Position numbers and translations under genes: made by a program. The notes beneath the pieces were generated by a model. That model saw nothing but the letters and a program-made list of their open reading frames with translations, had not been told where the DNA came from and searched no databases. A stretch of 64,000 nucleotides of DNA, from the sequence record KY794643.1; one strand, 5' to 3'. Source of the stretch: Staphylococcus phage vB_Sau_S24. This document shows, piece by piece, positions 20,759 through 29,897 of this stretch. Within the stretch, counting starts at the first letter, position 1. Each line of letters begins with the position of its first letter.

Positions 20759-21064
20759 ATGAGTAAAGAAACAATCAGAAGACAATTTTCAAATGCAATT
20801 GAGATTATGACAACAACTAAGGAATGGTGGAATTTCTCTAAAAGTTTTAATACAAATAAAGAGTTTAAAATTAAAACTTTTAAAAATGACACACTGGTAT
20901 TTGAAGTTAGAGAAGGTAATAGAAACTTAGGAAGCTTTGTAGTTTTCACATGTATTGACTTTGATTATGATAAACTTGAAGGTACTTCAACACAATACAT
21001 GATTAATTACTTTGCTAAGAAATTAACTAAAGATATGTTTAACTATCATAAGTTACAATTATAA
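20759..21064 (+). CDS. hypothetical protein (101 aa)
   Basis: Promoter TTGACACTTC..TATTAT at about 20698. RBS CAGGAGATG. Confidence 0.5.
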   Translation: MSKETIRRQFSNAIEIMTTTKEWWNFSKSFNTNKEFKIKTFKNDTLVFEVREGNRNLGSFVVFTCIDFDYDKLEGTSTQYMINYFAKKLTKDMFNYHKLQL

Positions 21065-21078
21065 TTGGAGGTGGAAAG

Positions 21079-21429
21079 ATGAGAGAAGAGTTAAAACCTT
21101 TTAATAGGAAGCAAGTTAATGTTAAAGGGTACTTAGATGATGTTAGGCACTCAAAGCGTAGAAGACATAAAGGTAATCAACATGGGTGTGTAAAAATCAC
21201 AGTTACTGATGTAAAGATTAACGGTATACCGATTGACCATGTTAATATTGAAGTAGGTATTTCATTCTACGAAAAGTTAAGAGAACTTAAAGGGAAAAGA
21301 ATTCAATTTGTAGGTACTGTTTACAAGTATGTTAAACATGCTAGAGGACGTAAAGGTAGAATTAAGGGATTTTATAAAGAGGATTATAGTGTAACTTTAG
21401 ATAAGAAGTTACAAAAGGAGGAAAAATAA
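21079..21429 (+). CDS. basic hypothetical protein (116 aa)
   Basis: RBS TTGGAGGTGGAAAG. Confidence 0.5.
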   Translation: MREELKPFNRKQVNVKGYLDDVRHSKRRRHKGNQHGCVKITVTDVKINGIPIDHVNIEVGISFYEKLRELKGKRIQFVGTVYKYVKHARGRKGRIKGFYKEDYSVTLDKKLQKEEK

Positions 21430-21608
21430 TGAATGAGTGGTATGCCTTATGTTACTATGATAAAGTAGGCAGGAAGAAAGTACCTAAGCAAGTAAGAGCA
21501 CACAGAGATATCTCAGTATTAGAGGAATTAAAAGAGAGACTAGAAGAAAGAAATCCTGATATAGAGTACACTATAAAAACAACAAAAGAATTTGATAAGG
21601 AGAGATAG
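21429..21608 (+). CDS. small hypothetical protein (59 aa), probably translationally coupled
   Basis: ATG overlaps the upstream stop (TAATG). RBS AAAAGGAGGAAAAAT. Confidence 0.4.
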   Translation: MNEWYALCYYDKVGRKKVPKQVRAHRDISVLEELKERLEERNPDIEYTIKTTKEFDKER

Positions 21609-21833
21609 AAATGTTGACACCGGAACAATGGACTACTTTAAAAGAGCAACAAAAAAAATTAAGTAAAAAGAAGAAATAACTGTTGACAAATAAGTGTACA
21701 TAGGTTATACTTAAGTTAACAAATAAAGAGGGGGTATGACCTATGTTACTTATAATTTTTATGCTAGTAGTAATGTTTGTACTTGGATTTAAGAATGGAT
21801 ATAACTCAGAAGACTAAAAAAGGAGAGGTTATA

Positions 21834-22244
21834 ATGAAGTTAGAAGATAAAGTATTAGAGAGAATTGATTCTCTTGGAGGTAAGTTAGGTGATATTAGCC
21901 AACATGCTTGGGAAGCCTTAGTAAAGTACCAAGTTGTATACGGTATTGTAGACCTTATATCAGGTATTGTAATTATAGCATTATCTGTATTTTTATGGAA
22001 GGTATTTATTAACCAATACAAAAAGGTAAATGATATAGATAGAGACGATGATTATAGTTTACTATTTGAAGATTGTGAAGATTTATCAGGTATAGGTTTG
22101 TTTTATATAATAGTTACATCAATCATATCAGTAGGTGCATTTATTTACTTAATATATGGAATACCTATGGATATTCTAAGAATAATGAACCCTGAAGTAT
22201 TTGCAGTAAAAGATTTAATCGAACAAGTTAAAGGAGGAAATTAA
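21834..22244 (+). CDS. membrane protein (136 aa)
   Basis: RBS AAAAGGAGAGG precedes ATG 21834. Promoter TTGACAAATAAG at about 21683. Confidence 0.5.
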   Translation: MKLEDKVLERIDSLGGKLGDISQHAWEALVKYQVVYGIVDLISGIVIIALSVFLWKVFINQYKKVNDIDRDDDYSLLFEDCEDLSGIGLFYIIVTSIISVGAFIYLIYGIPMDILRIMNPEVFAVKDLIEQVKGGN

Positions 22245-22245
22245 T

Positions 22246-22539
22246 ATGAAACAAAGAGATTTTGAATTTGAAGAAGATTTTGTACTAGCATATGAGTGTG
22301 AGGATTGTAGGCATTATGAAGATTGGGGTCATGATGAAGAACCTGAAGAATGTAGTGAATGTGGAAGTAGTGACTTAATTAACAATACAAGTCATGAAGA
22401 TACTGAGTGCGACATGTGTAAAGGGTACATTGATATGTGGCAAGATGGATATAGATATATGGGAGACAATAAAGAGTATCTTGAGAAAGAAGATTCAGGT
22501 TTAATTTGTGAAGATTGTTATGAGAAATTAGATATTTAA
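22246..22539 (+). CDS. Cys-rich zinc-ribbon protein (97 aa)
   Basis: CEDCRHY, CSECGSSD, CDMCKGY, CEDCYEK. RBS AAAGGAGGAAATTAAT. Confidence 0.55.
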   Translation: MKQRDFEFEEDFVLAYECEDCRHYEDWGHDEEPEECSECGSSDLINNTSHEDTECDMCKGYIDMWQDGYRYMGDNKEYLEKEDSGLICEDCYEKLDI

Positions 22540-22555
22540 TAAGGAGGAAATTAAT

Positions 22556-22843
22556 ATGAATAAAGCAGTAGAGCAAGCAAGTAACGCACTAGGTCAAGGA
22601 TTTTCAGCCATGGTATGGCATCAAGTATTAGTAGGGTTAGGTTTTATTTTATTAGGACTGGTATTATCTTTATTAGTTTGGGTATTAGTGAAGAAATTCC
22701 ATGTACCTTTTAAACACCCAACAGCATTTGTAGTATATTCAATTATGTTAGTTAGTATTGTTGCTAGTTTTATTTGGGGCGGTTTACACGTCATTAACCC
22801 TGAGTACTACGCAATTTTAGAATTAAAAGGATTTATAAAATAG
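22556..22843 (+). CDS. small membrane protein (95 aa)
   Basis: RBS TAAGGAGGAAATTAAT. TM helices. Confidence 0.5.
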   Translation: MNKAVEQASNALGQGFSAMVWHQVLVGLGFILLGLVLSLLVWVLVKKFHVPFKHPTAFVVYSIMLVSIVASFIWGGLHVINPEYYAILELKGFIK

Positions 22844-22855
22844 GAGGAAATAAAA

Positions 22856-23131
22856 ATGGAAAGCAGAAAACAGAAAATTTTAACACTAAAGGTAAATAAC
22901 TTTTTAATTTTGGCTTTAGATATTGTAGCATTAGTTAGATATAAAAAAGGTAAAGATAAACAAAAGAGTTATAATACAGGACAAATTACAAGAATGTTAG
23001 CTACAACAGCTAACTCACTAGGTATTCTTTACTTAGAAGAACAGGAGCGTCAAGAGAAACGACAGAAGCATAATGATAAGATAGTTAAAGATTTTAGCCA
23101 TACCTTAAATAAAACAAAAGGGGATAAGTAA
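22856..23131 (+). CDS. hypothetical protein (91 aa)
   Basis: RBS TAGGAGGAAATAAAA. Confidence 0.5.
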   Translation: MESRKQKILTLKVNNFLILALDIVALVRYKKGKDKQKSYNTGQITRMLATTANSLGILYLEEQERQEKRQKHNDKIVKDFSHTLNKTKGDK

Positions 23132-23132
23132 A

Positions 23133-23798
23133 ATGGATATTAATTTAAAAGAATGGGAAGAAATTATTAATAAACAAGAAGAAATTGGTGGGTGCCCTAA
23201 AAAGGCTAAGATATCCTTTACAGGTAATAAAGACTGTCAATCATTTAAAGATAGCCTTACTGATGAGGAAGGAATCATATTCTATGTACAAAATGAAAAA
23301 CTAGAGGTAGCCAGTTCAATTGTTGTACTAGCTAACGGTGAAGTTATTGTTACAACTGACAGTACCGTAACTCATGATACGATACCTGCTGATTTTGAAA
23401 CTTCAGAAGAGTCTGTTGTGGAGTTTTTAGATAATTTATACATGAAAGCTACAGAAGAGTACTATAGTTGGTTACAATTACAATTAGTTGGTACTCAGCA
23501 GGAAGACAAATTACCAGGAATCATTGCAGAATTATCAAGAGGTCTTAGAGTAGGTAGTTTTACTATCAATGACCGAAATATGCTCATTCAAAGAAGAAAA
23601 GTAAGTATACATTTACCTGAGGGATACTTAATTGGTATTGAATACTCTAAGGATGAAGGTAGACATATTATAGATACTAAATTGCAAGATTCTGAAGGTA
23701 CTCTTATTAATCGTATTATTAAAACAGATATTACGTATGATGGCTTCGGTCATTTAACTAATACCTTAGAGAGTATTGTAGAACCGATTTCATTATAA
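23133..23798 (+). CDS. hypothetical protein (221 aa)
   Basis: ORF coupled to the previous gene. Confidence 0.55.
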   Translation: MDINLKEWEEIINKQEEIGGCPKKAKISFTGNKDCQSFKDSLTDEEGIIFYVQNEKLEVASSIVVLANGEVIVTTDSTVTHDTIPADFETSEESVVEFLDNLYMKATEEYYSWLQLQLVGTQQEDKLPGIIAELSRGLRVGSFTINDRNMLIQRRKVSIHLPEGYLIGIEYSKDEGRHIIDTKLQDSEGTLINRIIKTDITYDGFGHLTNTLESIVEPISL

Positions 23799-23875
23799 AA
23801 AAAGTTTAAGAAACCTATTGACATTAGGTTTCTTTTATTATATACTAAGAGTATATTAAATAAGGAGGTTAACTT

Positions 23876-24181
23876 ATGAAAGGTATTATTATATTTTATA
23901 AAGAAGAAAATAAACACATCCTAAAGGAACTTTTAGAATTCATTAACACAACAGCAAAAGGGTTATCTTATACTACAGAAGGTACATTAGTCGATAACGA
24001 TATCGTTTTACTTGAAGATAATAATATGGGTAAATATAATTTGAGACAGTTTAGTAAGACAAATAATAGTTTAGTTGTAGGATTATTAAGTAAATCACGT
24101 GATGATGTTCATTATTACGAAAAAGGGGATTCCTACGGTATAAGTATCTTGGATGAGTATTTAAAGGAGATGAGTCAATAG
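23876..24181 (+). CDS. member of the ~100-aa paralogous family (distal copy)
   Basis: MKGIIIFYKEENKHILKELLEFINTTAKGLSYTTEG... matches the consensus of the family at 36294-38596. Upstream, a hairpin (AAACCTA..TAGGTTT) carries TTGACAT in its loop. Confidence 0.55.
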   Translation: MKGIIIFYKEENKHILKELLEFINTTAKGLSYTTEGTLVDNDIVLLEDNNMGKYNLRQFSKTNNSLVVGLLSKSRDDVHYYEKGDSYGISILDEYLKEMSQ

Positions 24182-24588
24182 TGGAAAATGTATTTTTTGT
24201 TTTAGGGTTAGTAATGCTAATATTATGTTTAATCGGTCTTGCCATTATTAAAGTCCTAGAAACAAGACTAAAGAAAAAAGAACTAAGAGAAGAACGAGAA
24301 TCTTTTGATACTTTGGAACCAAGTAAACTAGGTCATACAGGTTATGTTGAAAGTAAATATGCTTTGATTCATAAAGAATCAAGTAAAATAATAATAAGTG
24401 CAAATAAAAGTACAGTTATGGATACATTACAAAAAATGTATGGCTTAGAACTAACATCTGTAGATGTTTCTGAGGTTAAAGGACTAACCCCTTTCGGAGG
24501 TCATACAGAGAATATGGTATTACTTTCATACAAATTAGAAAGAGAAGGTCTCTATAAATTAATTGAGCTTAATAAGGAGGAGAAGTAA
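24181..24588 (+). CDS. membrane-anchored protein (135 aa; GTG start overlaps the upstream stop)
   Basis: N-terminal TM helix. No in-frame ATG has a better RBS. Confidence 0.45.
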   Translation: MENVFFVLGLVMLILCLIGLAIIKVLETRLKKKELREERESFDTLEPSKLGHTGYVESKYALIHKESSKIIISANKSTVMDTLQKMYGLELTSVDVSEVKGLTPFGGHTENMVLLSYKLEREGLYKLIELNKEEK

Positions 24589-24590
24589 TT

Positions 24591-24908
24591 ATGAAAGCAA
24601 AGTCAATAGAACGATTTTTTCAAGACAAGGTATTACAAATAGAAGGGTATAAAGTACGTTTTTCACAAGCTAGTTCAACATATATTTTAGACATAGATAT
24701 GATAGATGAATCAGTATTGTTTTTAGATACTGTAGTTTTCACCTTATCAGGTAAGTACTTATTAGATACACAGATTACGATTAATAAACCTGAAACACTA
24801 AGCCCTAATGAATTATACACAGAGATTAGTAATAATTTACAAGATATTATAGGAGACCAAACTAAAACAAATATAGAGCTATCAAAATACTTTAAAGAGG
24901 TAAAATAA
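24591..24908 (+). CDS. hypothetical protein (105 aa)
   Basis: RBS AAGGAGGAGAAG. Confidence 0.5.
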   Translation: MKAKSIERFFQDKVLQIEGYKVRFSQASSTYILDIDMIDESVLFLDTVVFTLSGKYLLDTQITINKPETLSPNELYTEISNNLQDIIGDQTKTNIELSKYFKEVK

Positions 24909-24985
24909 ATAAGTTTATAAATAACTGTTGACAGCAGGTATTTATTATAGTATACTTTAGATATAAAGAAAAAGGAGAGGTTAAC

Positions 24986-25189
24986 ATGAATAACAAACAA
25001 ATTGAAAGATTACACAGGAAATCAAATGAGGTAGTAAGTAAATCAGAAGGTATTGAAGACTTAGGTTATGTACAAGCACATAAGATTATTAAGGAGTACC
25101 TTGATTTACCAGTGTCTGATTTTGAAAAGAGAGATGTAATGACTGAATTACTATTAGCGTTAGATAAAGCTAACAAAACATTAGACTAA
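24986..25189 (+). CDS. hypothetical protein (67 aa)
   Basis: Promoter TTGACAGCAG..TAGTAT. RBS AAAAGGAGAGG. Confidence 0.5.
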   Translation: MNNKQIERLHRKSNEVVSKSEGIEDLGYVQAHKIIKEYLDLPVSDFEKRDVMTELLLALDKANKTLD

Positions 25190-25222
25190 TTAGGATTTAT
25201 ATTATAAAGGAGGAAATTACAA

Positions 25223-25447
25223 ATGAATTATAAAGAGGTACTAGAAACTATTAAGAAGAATAAACCATGTAAGGTTAGATTTACTGGAAGTATTGTAGCA
25301 ATTGTTAACACAGAATTTAATGCAGACACTGGTAAAGGTGTATTACAGATTGATGTATCAGATATCAATAGAGACGATTACATTAAGCTACAGCAGTATT
25401 GCTTAGAAAGAGACGATTATACTGTAGCAGGTTCTATTTTATTTTAA
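25223..25447 (+). CDS. hypothetical protein (74 aa)
   Basis: RBS AAAGGAGGAAAT. Confidence 0.5.
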   Translation: MNYKEVLETIKKNKPCKVRFTGSIVAIVNTEFNADTGKGVLQIDVSDINRDDYIKLQQYCLERDDYTVAGSILF

Positions 25448-25467
25448 AAAGGAAAGGAGTTAACACG

Positions 25468-26376
25468 ATGATTAAAGTATTTTCAGAAATTGATACAAAA
25501 TATAAGACGATTGTACCGGAGAAATTCCCTAATGGTGAGATTAATTTTAAATACGATGACTTAGAATATTTAGTAGAAAAAGACCTACGGTTTGATGTTT
25601 TCTTTAAATGGGAAAGTGATGCGGACTTAATGCATTTGTATATGTTTACTAAGTATATAGAACAATTAGGTATTAAAGATAAAGCTGAGTTTTTAGACAT
25701 TGCATACGTACCTTATAGCAGAATGGATAGAGTAGAAGAAGGTCATAGTAATATGTTTAGTCTTAAGTATATTGCAGAGTTTATTAACAATCTTAATTAC
25801 AAATCGGTATGGGTAGCAGAGCCTCATAGCCCTGTAACAGAAGAATTACTTAAAAATTCTTTTGCTGTACATGTTACAATTAAACTATTAAACCAATATA
25901 TTGAAATGTCTGAAGAACCTGTAACAATTGTACTACCTGATAAAGGAGCATATGATAGATACCTATTTGATGTAGAACGTATATTAATAGACTCTAACAT
26001 TGAAAATTATTCAATTGTATATGGTGAAAAGGAACGTGATTTTGAGACAGGTAAGATTAAAGGAATTAAAATAATTACAGATGAAAATACTGTATACGAT
26101 AACTGCATCATCCTAGATGATTTAACAAGTTATGGTGGGACTTTTGTAGGTTGTAAAAAAGCTCTTGACAAACTAGGTGTTAATAGTGTATCATTAATAT
26201 TGACTCATGCAGAGAAAATATTTATGGATGGTAAACTATTTGAATCAGGTTTTAAAGATATCGTTGTAACAGACTCAATGTTATCTGATAGCCCTTGGAC
26301 AAAAGCTGTTGCTACCCATATAGCACAGGTAAATGGAACAGAATTACAAATAAAGGATATCGAAAGATATCTATAA
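25468..26376 (+). CDS. ribose-phosphate pyrophosphokinase (PRPP synthetase)-family protein; candidate ADP-ribose pyrophosphokinase (NARP1 Adps-like)
   Basis: RBS AAAGGAAAGGAG precedes ATG 25468. C-terminal PRPP-binding-like motif CIILDDLTSYGGTF. Prs-like size of 302 aa. It lies directly upstream of a NAMPT-like gene. Confidence 0.65.
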   Translation: MIKVFSEIDTKYKTIVPEKFPNGEINFKYDDLEYLVEKDLRFDVFFKWESDADLMHLYMFTKYIEQLGIKDKAEFLDIAYVPYSRMDRVEEGHSNMFSLKYIAEFINNLNYKSVWVAEPHSPVTEELLKNSFAVHVTIKLLNQYIEMSEEPVTIVLPDKGAYDRYLFDVERILIDSNIENYSIVYGEKERDFETGKIKGIKIITDENTVYDNCIILDDLTSYGGTFVGCKKALDKLGVNSVSLILTHAEKIFMDGKLFESGFKDIVVTDSMLSDSPWTKAVATHIAQVNGTELQIKDIERYL

Positions 26377-26393
26377 AAGGAGAAAAATAAACT

Positions 26394-27863
26394 ATGCTAA
26401 ATCCAACATTAATGTGTGACTTCTACAAATTAAGTCACAGAGAACAATATCCTGAAGGTACAGAAATTGTATATAGTACACTTGTACCTAGAAGTAACAA
26501 ATATTATGAACATAGTGATAATATTGTAGTATTTGGTATTCAATCACTTGTTAAAAAGTATTTTATTGATATGTTTAATAGAGAATTTTTTAATAGACCT
26601 AAAAAGGAAGTTATTAACGAATATAAACGTACAGTTAAATTCACATTAGGGCAAGAAAACCCTGACGCTAAACATTTAGAGCAGTTACATGACCTAGGCT
26701 ACTTACCTATTGATGTAAGAGCTTTAAAAGAGGGTACAGTAGTTCACCCTAATACACCTGTTATGACAATAGAAAATACTCACTCAGATTTCTTTTGGCT
26801 AACTAACTACTTAGAAACTATTATTAGTACTCAAACATGGCAAGCAATGACAAGTGCTACACTAGCATATGATATGCGTAAAATGTTAGATAAATATGCA
26901 ATAGAAACGGTAGGTAGTATTGATGCAGTAGATTTCCAAGGACATGACTTTAGTATGCGTGGGATGAGTTCACTAGAAACAGCTCAATTAAGTTCAGCAG
27001 GACATGCAATTAGTTTTAAAGGTAGTGACACTGTACCTGTAGTGGAATTCCTAGAATCTTATTACAATGCAGATGTAGAAAAAGAAATGGTTGTTGCCTC
27101 TATCCCTGCTACTGAGCATTCAGTTATGTGTGCAAACGGTGATTATGAGACAATGGATGAATACGAAACATACAAACGTATGTTAACGGAAATCTATCCA
27201 ACAGGAGTATTCTCTATTGTATCTGATACTTGGGACTTTTGGGGTAATATGACTAAAACTTTACCTAGACTAAAAGATATTATTATGGAAAGAGACGGTA
27301 AAGTAGTAATCAGACCTGATAGTGGAGACCCTGTTAAGATTATCTGCGGTGACCCTGATGCAGATACTGAGCATGAACGTAAAGGTGCTGTAGAAGTACT
27401 TTGGGACACTTTTGGAGGTACAGAAACTGAAAAAGGATATAAAGTACTAGATGAGCATGTAGGGCTAATTTACGGTGATTCTATTAACTATGAGCGTGCT
27501 CAACAAATTTGTGAGGGATTAAAAGAAAAGGGTTTTGCAAGTATTAACGTGGTATTAGGCGTAGGTAGTTTCTCTTATCAATTTAATACTCGTGATACTC
27601 ATGGATTTGCAATCAAAGCAACGTATGCTAAGATTAAAAATGAAGAGAAGCTTATCTATAAGAACCCTAAAACAGATAGCGGTAAACGTTCACACAAAGG
27701 TAGAGTAGCTGTTTACAAAGATGGCTCATGGGAAGATAACCTAAACCTTCACCAGTGGTTAAACAAACAGAATTTAAACCAATTAGAACGAGTATTTGAA
27801 GACGGTAAACTATATCGAGACCAGTCATTAAGTGAAATCAGAGAGATAATTAAAAATAATTAA
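26394..27863 (+). CDS. nicotinamide phosphoribosyltransferase (NAMPT)-family protein; candidate nicotinamide ADP-ribose transferase (NARP1 Namat-like)
   Basis: 489 aa with a NAMPT-like fold signature (…FQGHDFSMRGMSSLETAQLSSAGHAISFKGSDTVP…). RBS AAAGGAGAAAAATAA. Confidence 0.75.
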   Translation: MLNPTLMCDFYKLSHREQYPEGTEIVYSTLVPRSNKYYEHSDNIVVFGIQSLVKKYFIDMFNREFFNRPKKEVINEYKRTVKFTLGQENPDAKHLEQLHDLGYLPIDVRALKEGTVVHPNTPVMTIENTHSDFFWLTNYLETIISTQTWQAMTSATLAYDMRKMLDKYAIETVGSIDAVDFQGHDFSMRGMSSLETAQLSSAGHAISFKGSDTVPVVEFLESYYNADVEKEMVVASIPATEHSVMCANGDYETMDEYETYKRMLTEIYPTGVFSIVSDTWDFWGNMTKTLPRLKDIIMERDGKVVIRPDSGDPVKIICGDPDADTEHERKGAVEVLWDTFGGTETEKGYKVLDEHVGLIYGDSINYERAQQICEGLKEKGFASINVVLGVGSFSYQFNTRDTHGFAIKATYAKIKNEEKLIYKNPKTDSGKRSHKGRVAVYKDGSWEDNLNLHQWLNKQNLNQLERVFEDGKLYRDQSLSEIREIIKNN

Positions 27864-27876
27864 TAAATAGTTAAAC

Positions 27877-27915
27877 TCCCTATTGACAAATAGGGGTTTC
27901 TATTATATAATATAC
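27877..27915 (+). promoter_or_regulatory. terminator hairpin whose loop holds the -35 box (CCCTATT-GACA-AATAGGG), followed by TATAAT
   Basis: TTGACA at 27882-27887 sits inside the hairpin. TATATAAT lies downstream. Confidence 0.5.
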
Positions 27916-27941
27916 CTATAATAAATAAGAGGAGGGTTAAT

Positions 27942-28196
27942 ATGATATACGTTGGAGTAACGGAGAAAGAAAAACTAGTTGCAGGAGACTTAGTAAAATC
28001 AAAAGAAGAAAATAAATGGGGTATAGTAGTAGGAGATAAACAAGACTTAAATGTACTTATTCTAGATGATGAACCTTGGTTGTTTTATAAATCAGGTATT
28101 AAAAGAGTAGAAGGGCAATTAGAGGAGGATTTTAAATTTATTAAAAATAAAAGTGAATATAATATGGATATAGGTGATGGGATTTATTCAGATTAA
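27942..28196 (+). CDS. hypothetical protein (84 aa)
   Basis: RBS AAGAGGAGGG. Confidence 0.5.
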   Translation: MIYVGVTEKEKLVAGDLVKSKEENKWGIVVGDKQDLNVLILDDEPWLFYKSGIKRVEGQLEEDFKFIKNKSEYNMDIGDGIYSD

Positions 28197-28218
28197 ACTA
28201 AATAGTAAGGATGAGAAT

Positions 28219-28530
28219 ATGAAAAAAGTAATAGTATTACTTACAATCACTTTGTCTTTACTATTAGGAGGTTGCTCTCCTGATAATCATGAAGGTAAAG
28301 TAGTAGGTGTAGGTGAGTATAGAGAACCAACTACTTTTATAAAATCAGGGAATGTCACTGTACCGGTCATTGGTGAAATGAGATACTATGTAGACTTAGA
28401 GACAGATAAAGGAGAAGACCGTGTATACCTTAATAGGAAGGTTTATCATAAGTTTGATAAAGGTGATGATTTCTCTAATGTAGGTGGGAAAGTGTATAGG
28501 AATGATGAATTAATTTATAAAGAAGAATAA
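28219..28530 (+). CDS. putative lipoprotein (103 aa)
   Basis: Signal peptide with a lipobox (LSLLLGGC). ATG 28219 follows AAGGATGAG. Confidence 0.55.
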   Translation: MKKVIVLLTITLSLLLGGCSPDNHEGKVVGVGEYREPTTFIKSGNVTVPVIGEMRYYVDLETDKGEDRVYLNRKVYHKFDKGDDFSNVGGKVYRNDELIYKEE

Positions 28531-28608
28531 AAAACTTTAACTCTATCTATTGACTTAGGTAGAGTTTTATAGTATACTAAGAGTATATCAAATAAGGAGA
28601 TGGAAAAT

Positions 28609-28899
28609 ATGAGAATTTATATAAGCAATGATTACAATGAGAAGTTACTTGATAAGTGTTTGAGAGATATCAGAGAGACTAAAAAGAGTATTACTTATAG
28701 TATGAACTATGGAGAGAAGGATATCAAGGAGGCAGATATTGAAGTTATTCATCTTGATAAGAATATGTTAGAAACAGAAAGAAGGGCTTTTGCGTATTCT
28801 AAGTTTACAGGAGACTGTATTTGCTTGTTCCCTTACAAAGTTATACTTATAAGAGAAGGGCAACTAGTATTTAATTTTAAATGGGAGGAATTAATATGA
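28609..28899 (+). CDS. member of the ~100-aa paralogous family (distal copy)
   Basis: MRIYISNDYNEKLLDKCLRDIRETKKSITYSMNYGEKDIKEADIEVIHL matches the family consensus, including the EAD motif encoded by GAGGCAGAT. Confidence 0.5.
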   Translation: MRIYISNDYNEKLLDKCLRDIRETKKSITYSMNYGEKDIKEADIEVIHLDKNMLETERRAFAYSKFTGDCICLFPYKVILIREGQLVFNFKWEELI

Positions 28900-29009
28900 A
28901 TACAGAGAAATTATTAAAAACATCACATATGTATGAAAATGTAAAGCAGTATGACATTAAGAAACTACCAAAACCAAGTATGGTAAGTAAAGACAAATAT
29001 ATGAAGTAA
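28896..29009 (+). CDS. small peptide (37 aa), a candidate only
   Basis: ATGA overlap with the upstream stop. RBS GGGAGGAATTAAT. Confidence 0.3.
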   Translation: MNTEKLLKTSHMYENVKQYDIKKLPKPSMVSKDKYMK

Positions 29010-29039
29010 TAGAAGAATCATTTTATAGGAGGAGTTATA

Positions 29040-29261
29040 ATGTATATAAAAATATATCCTAAAACAGGAGAGCCATATTATTTCCAAAAGATGATTGGTA
29101 AGTATGCTGTAAAAGGAACTAAGAATTTAAAAGATGCTACAATGTTTAAGACATTCAAAGATAGTAAAAAGATAATGGATTCACTAAATCTAAAATTCTC
29201 ATTAGACTATTCATTGTTTGAAGATGTACGAGACACAGATTATCTTTTAAGAGGTTTTTAA
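29040..29261 (+). CDS. hypothetical protein (73 aa)
   Basis: RBS TAGGAGGAGTTATA. Confidence 0.5.
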   Translation: MYIKIYPKTGEPYYFQKMIGKYAVKGTKNLKDATMFKTFKDSKKIMDSLNLKFSLDYSLFEDVRDTDYLLRGF

Positions 29262-29295
29262 AATTAAAACACACATTTTATAAGGAGGAAATGCA

Positions 29296-29529
29296 ATGAA
29301 ATATATAACACATAGACAAATTGATTATATAGTACATTTACACAAGATACTCTCAGAGTTTGGGTTTGTCGATTTCGAGTTTAAAACCTACTCAGAATAT
29401 AGCAAACTAAATATTAAACAAGCAAGTTCATACATTAGAAAACTAGAGAATGAAATGACACCTAATGTATATGATAACATAGAAGAGAAAGCTTGTTTAG
29501 AAGAAGTATATGGTATAGGGCAAGAGTAA
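29296..29529 (+). CDS. hypothetical protein (77 aa)
   Basis: RBS TAAGGAGGAAATGCA. Confidence 0.5.
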   Translation: MKYITHRQIDYIVHLHKILSEFGFVDFEFKTYSEYSKLNIKQASSYIRKLENEMTPNVYDNIEEKACLEEVYGIGQE

Positions 29530-29558
29530 TATTAAATAAAGGGGAAGGAGGAAATACA

Positions 29559-29840
29559 ATGATAAGTAGAAAAGATTTAATTAATAGAGTTAATAACAGT
29601 ATAAATAATCCAACAGATGAAGAAATTAAACATGGAGAGAAGATTTTAAAAAAGTTAGATAAAGGGGTTAAAGAGGTTGCTTATAGAGGAGGAGACTTAG
29701 TTCATTTTCCTTTCTTCATCAGACCTACATTAGGCACTGTTAAATATGTCATAGATAGACTAGAGAATCTAGGTTATGATGTACAGGTACATGATGGTGA
29801 TGCAGGTCACTATATAAATATTTATTTAAATAAGGGTTGA
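29559..29840 (+). CDS. hypothetical protein (93 aa)
   Basis: RBS AAGGAGGAAATACA precedes ATG 29559. Confidence 0.5.
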   Translation: MISRKDLINRVNNSINNPTDEEIKHGEKILKKLDKGVKEVAYRGGDLVHFPFFIRPTLGTVKYVIDRLENLGYDVQVHDGDAGHYINIYLNKG

Positions 29841-29865
29841 CATTAAATAAATAACGTGTTAAGAT
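29837..29865 (+). promoter_or_regulatory. conserved promoter/leader module (TTGACA-N17-TAAGAT with an extended TGn, then leader TAATATATAATCAATTAAGGAGG); copy 1 of 4
   Basis: Near-identical copies are at 32212, 35215 and 36235. Confidence 0.55.
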
Positions 29866-29897
29866 TAATATATAATCAATTAAGGAGGAAAGTTAAC

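Noticed and set aside
11485-27409. - strand ORFs 11485..11796, 14046..14312, 16173..16400, 18086..18268, 18790..19053, 20025..20207, 20620..20949, 21806..22021, 22379..22576, 24051..24245, 24620..25000, 25434..25700 and 27194..27409
   Set aside because: They are antisense shadows of the unidirectional + strand operons. None has a - strand promoter or RBS.
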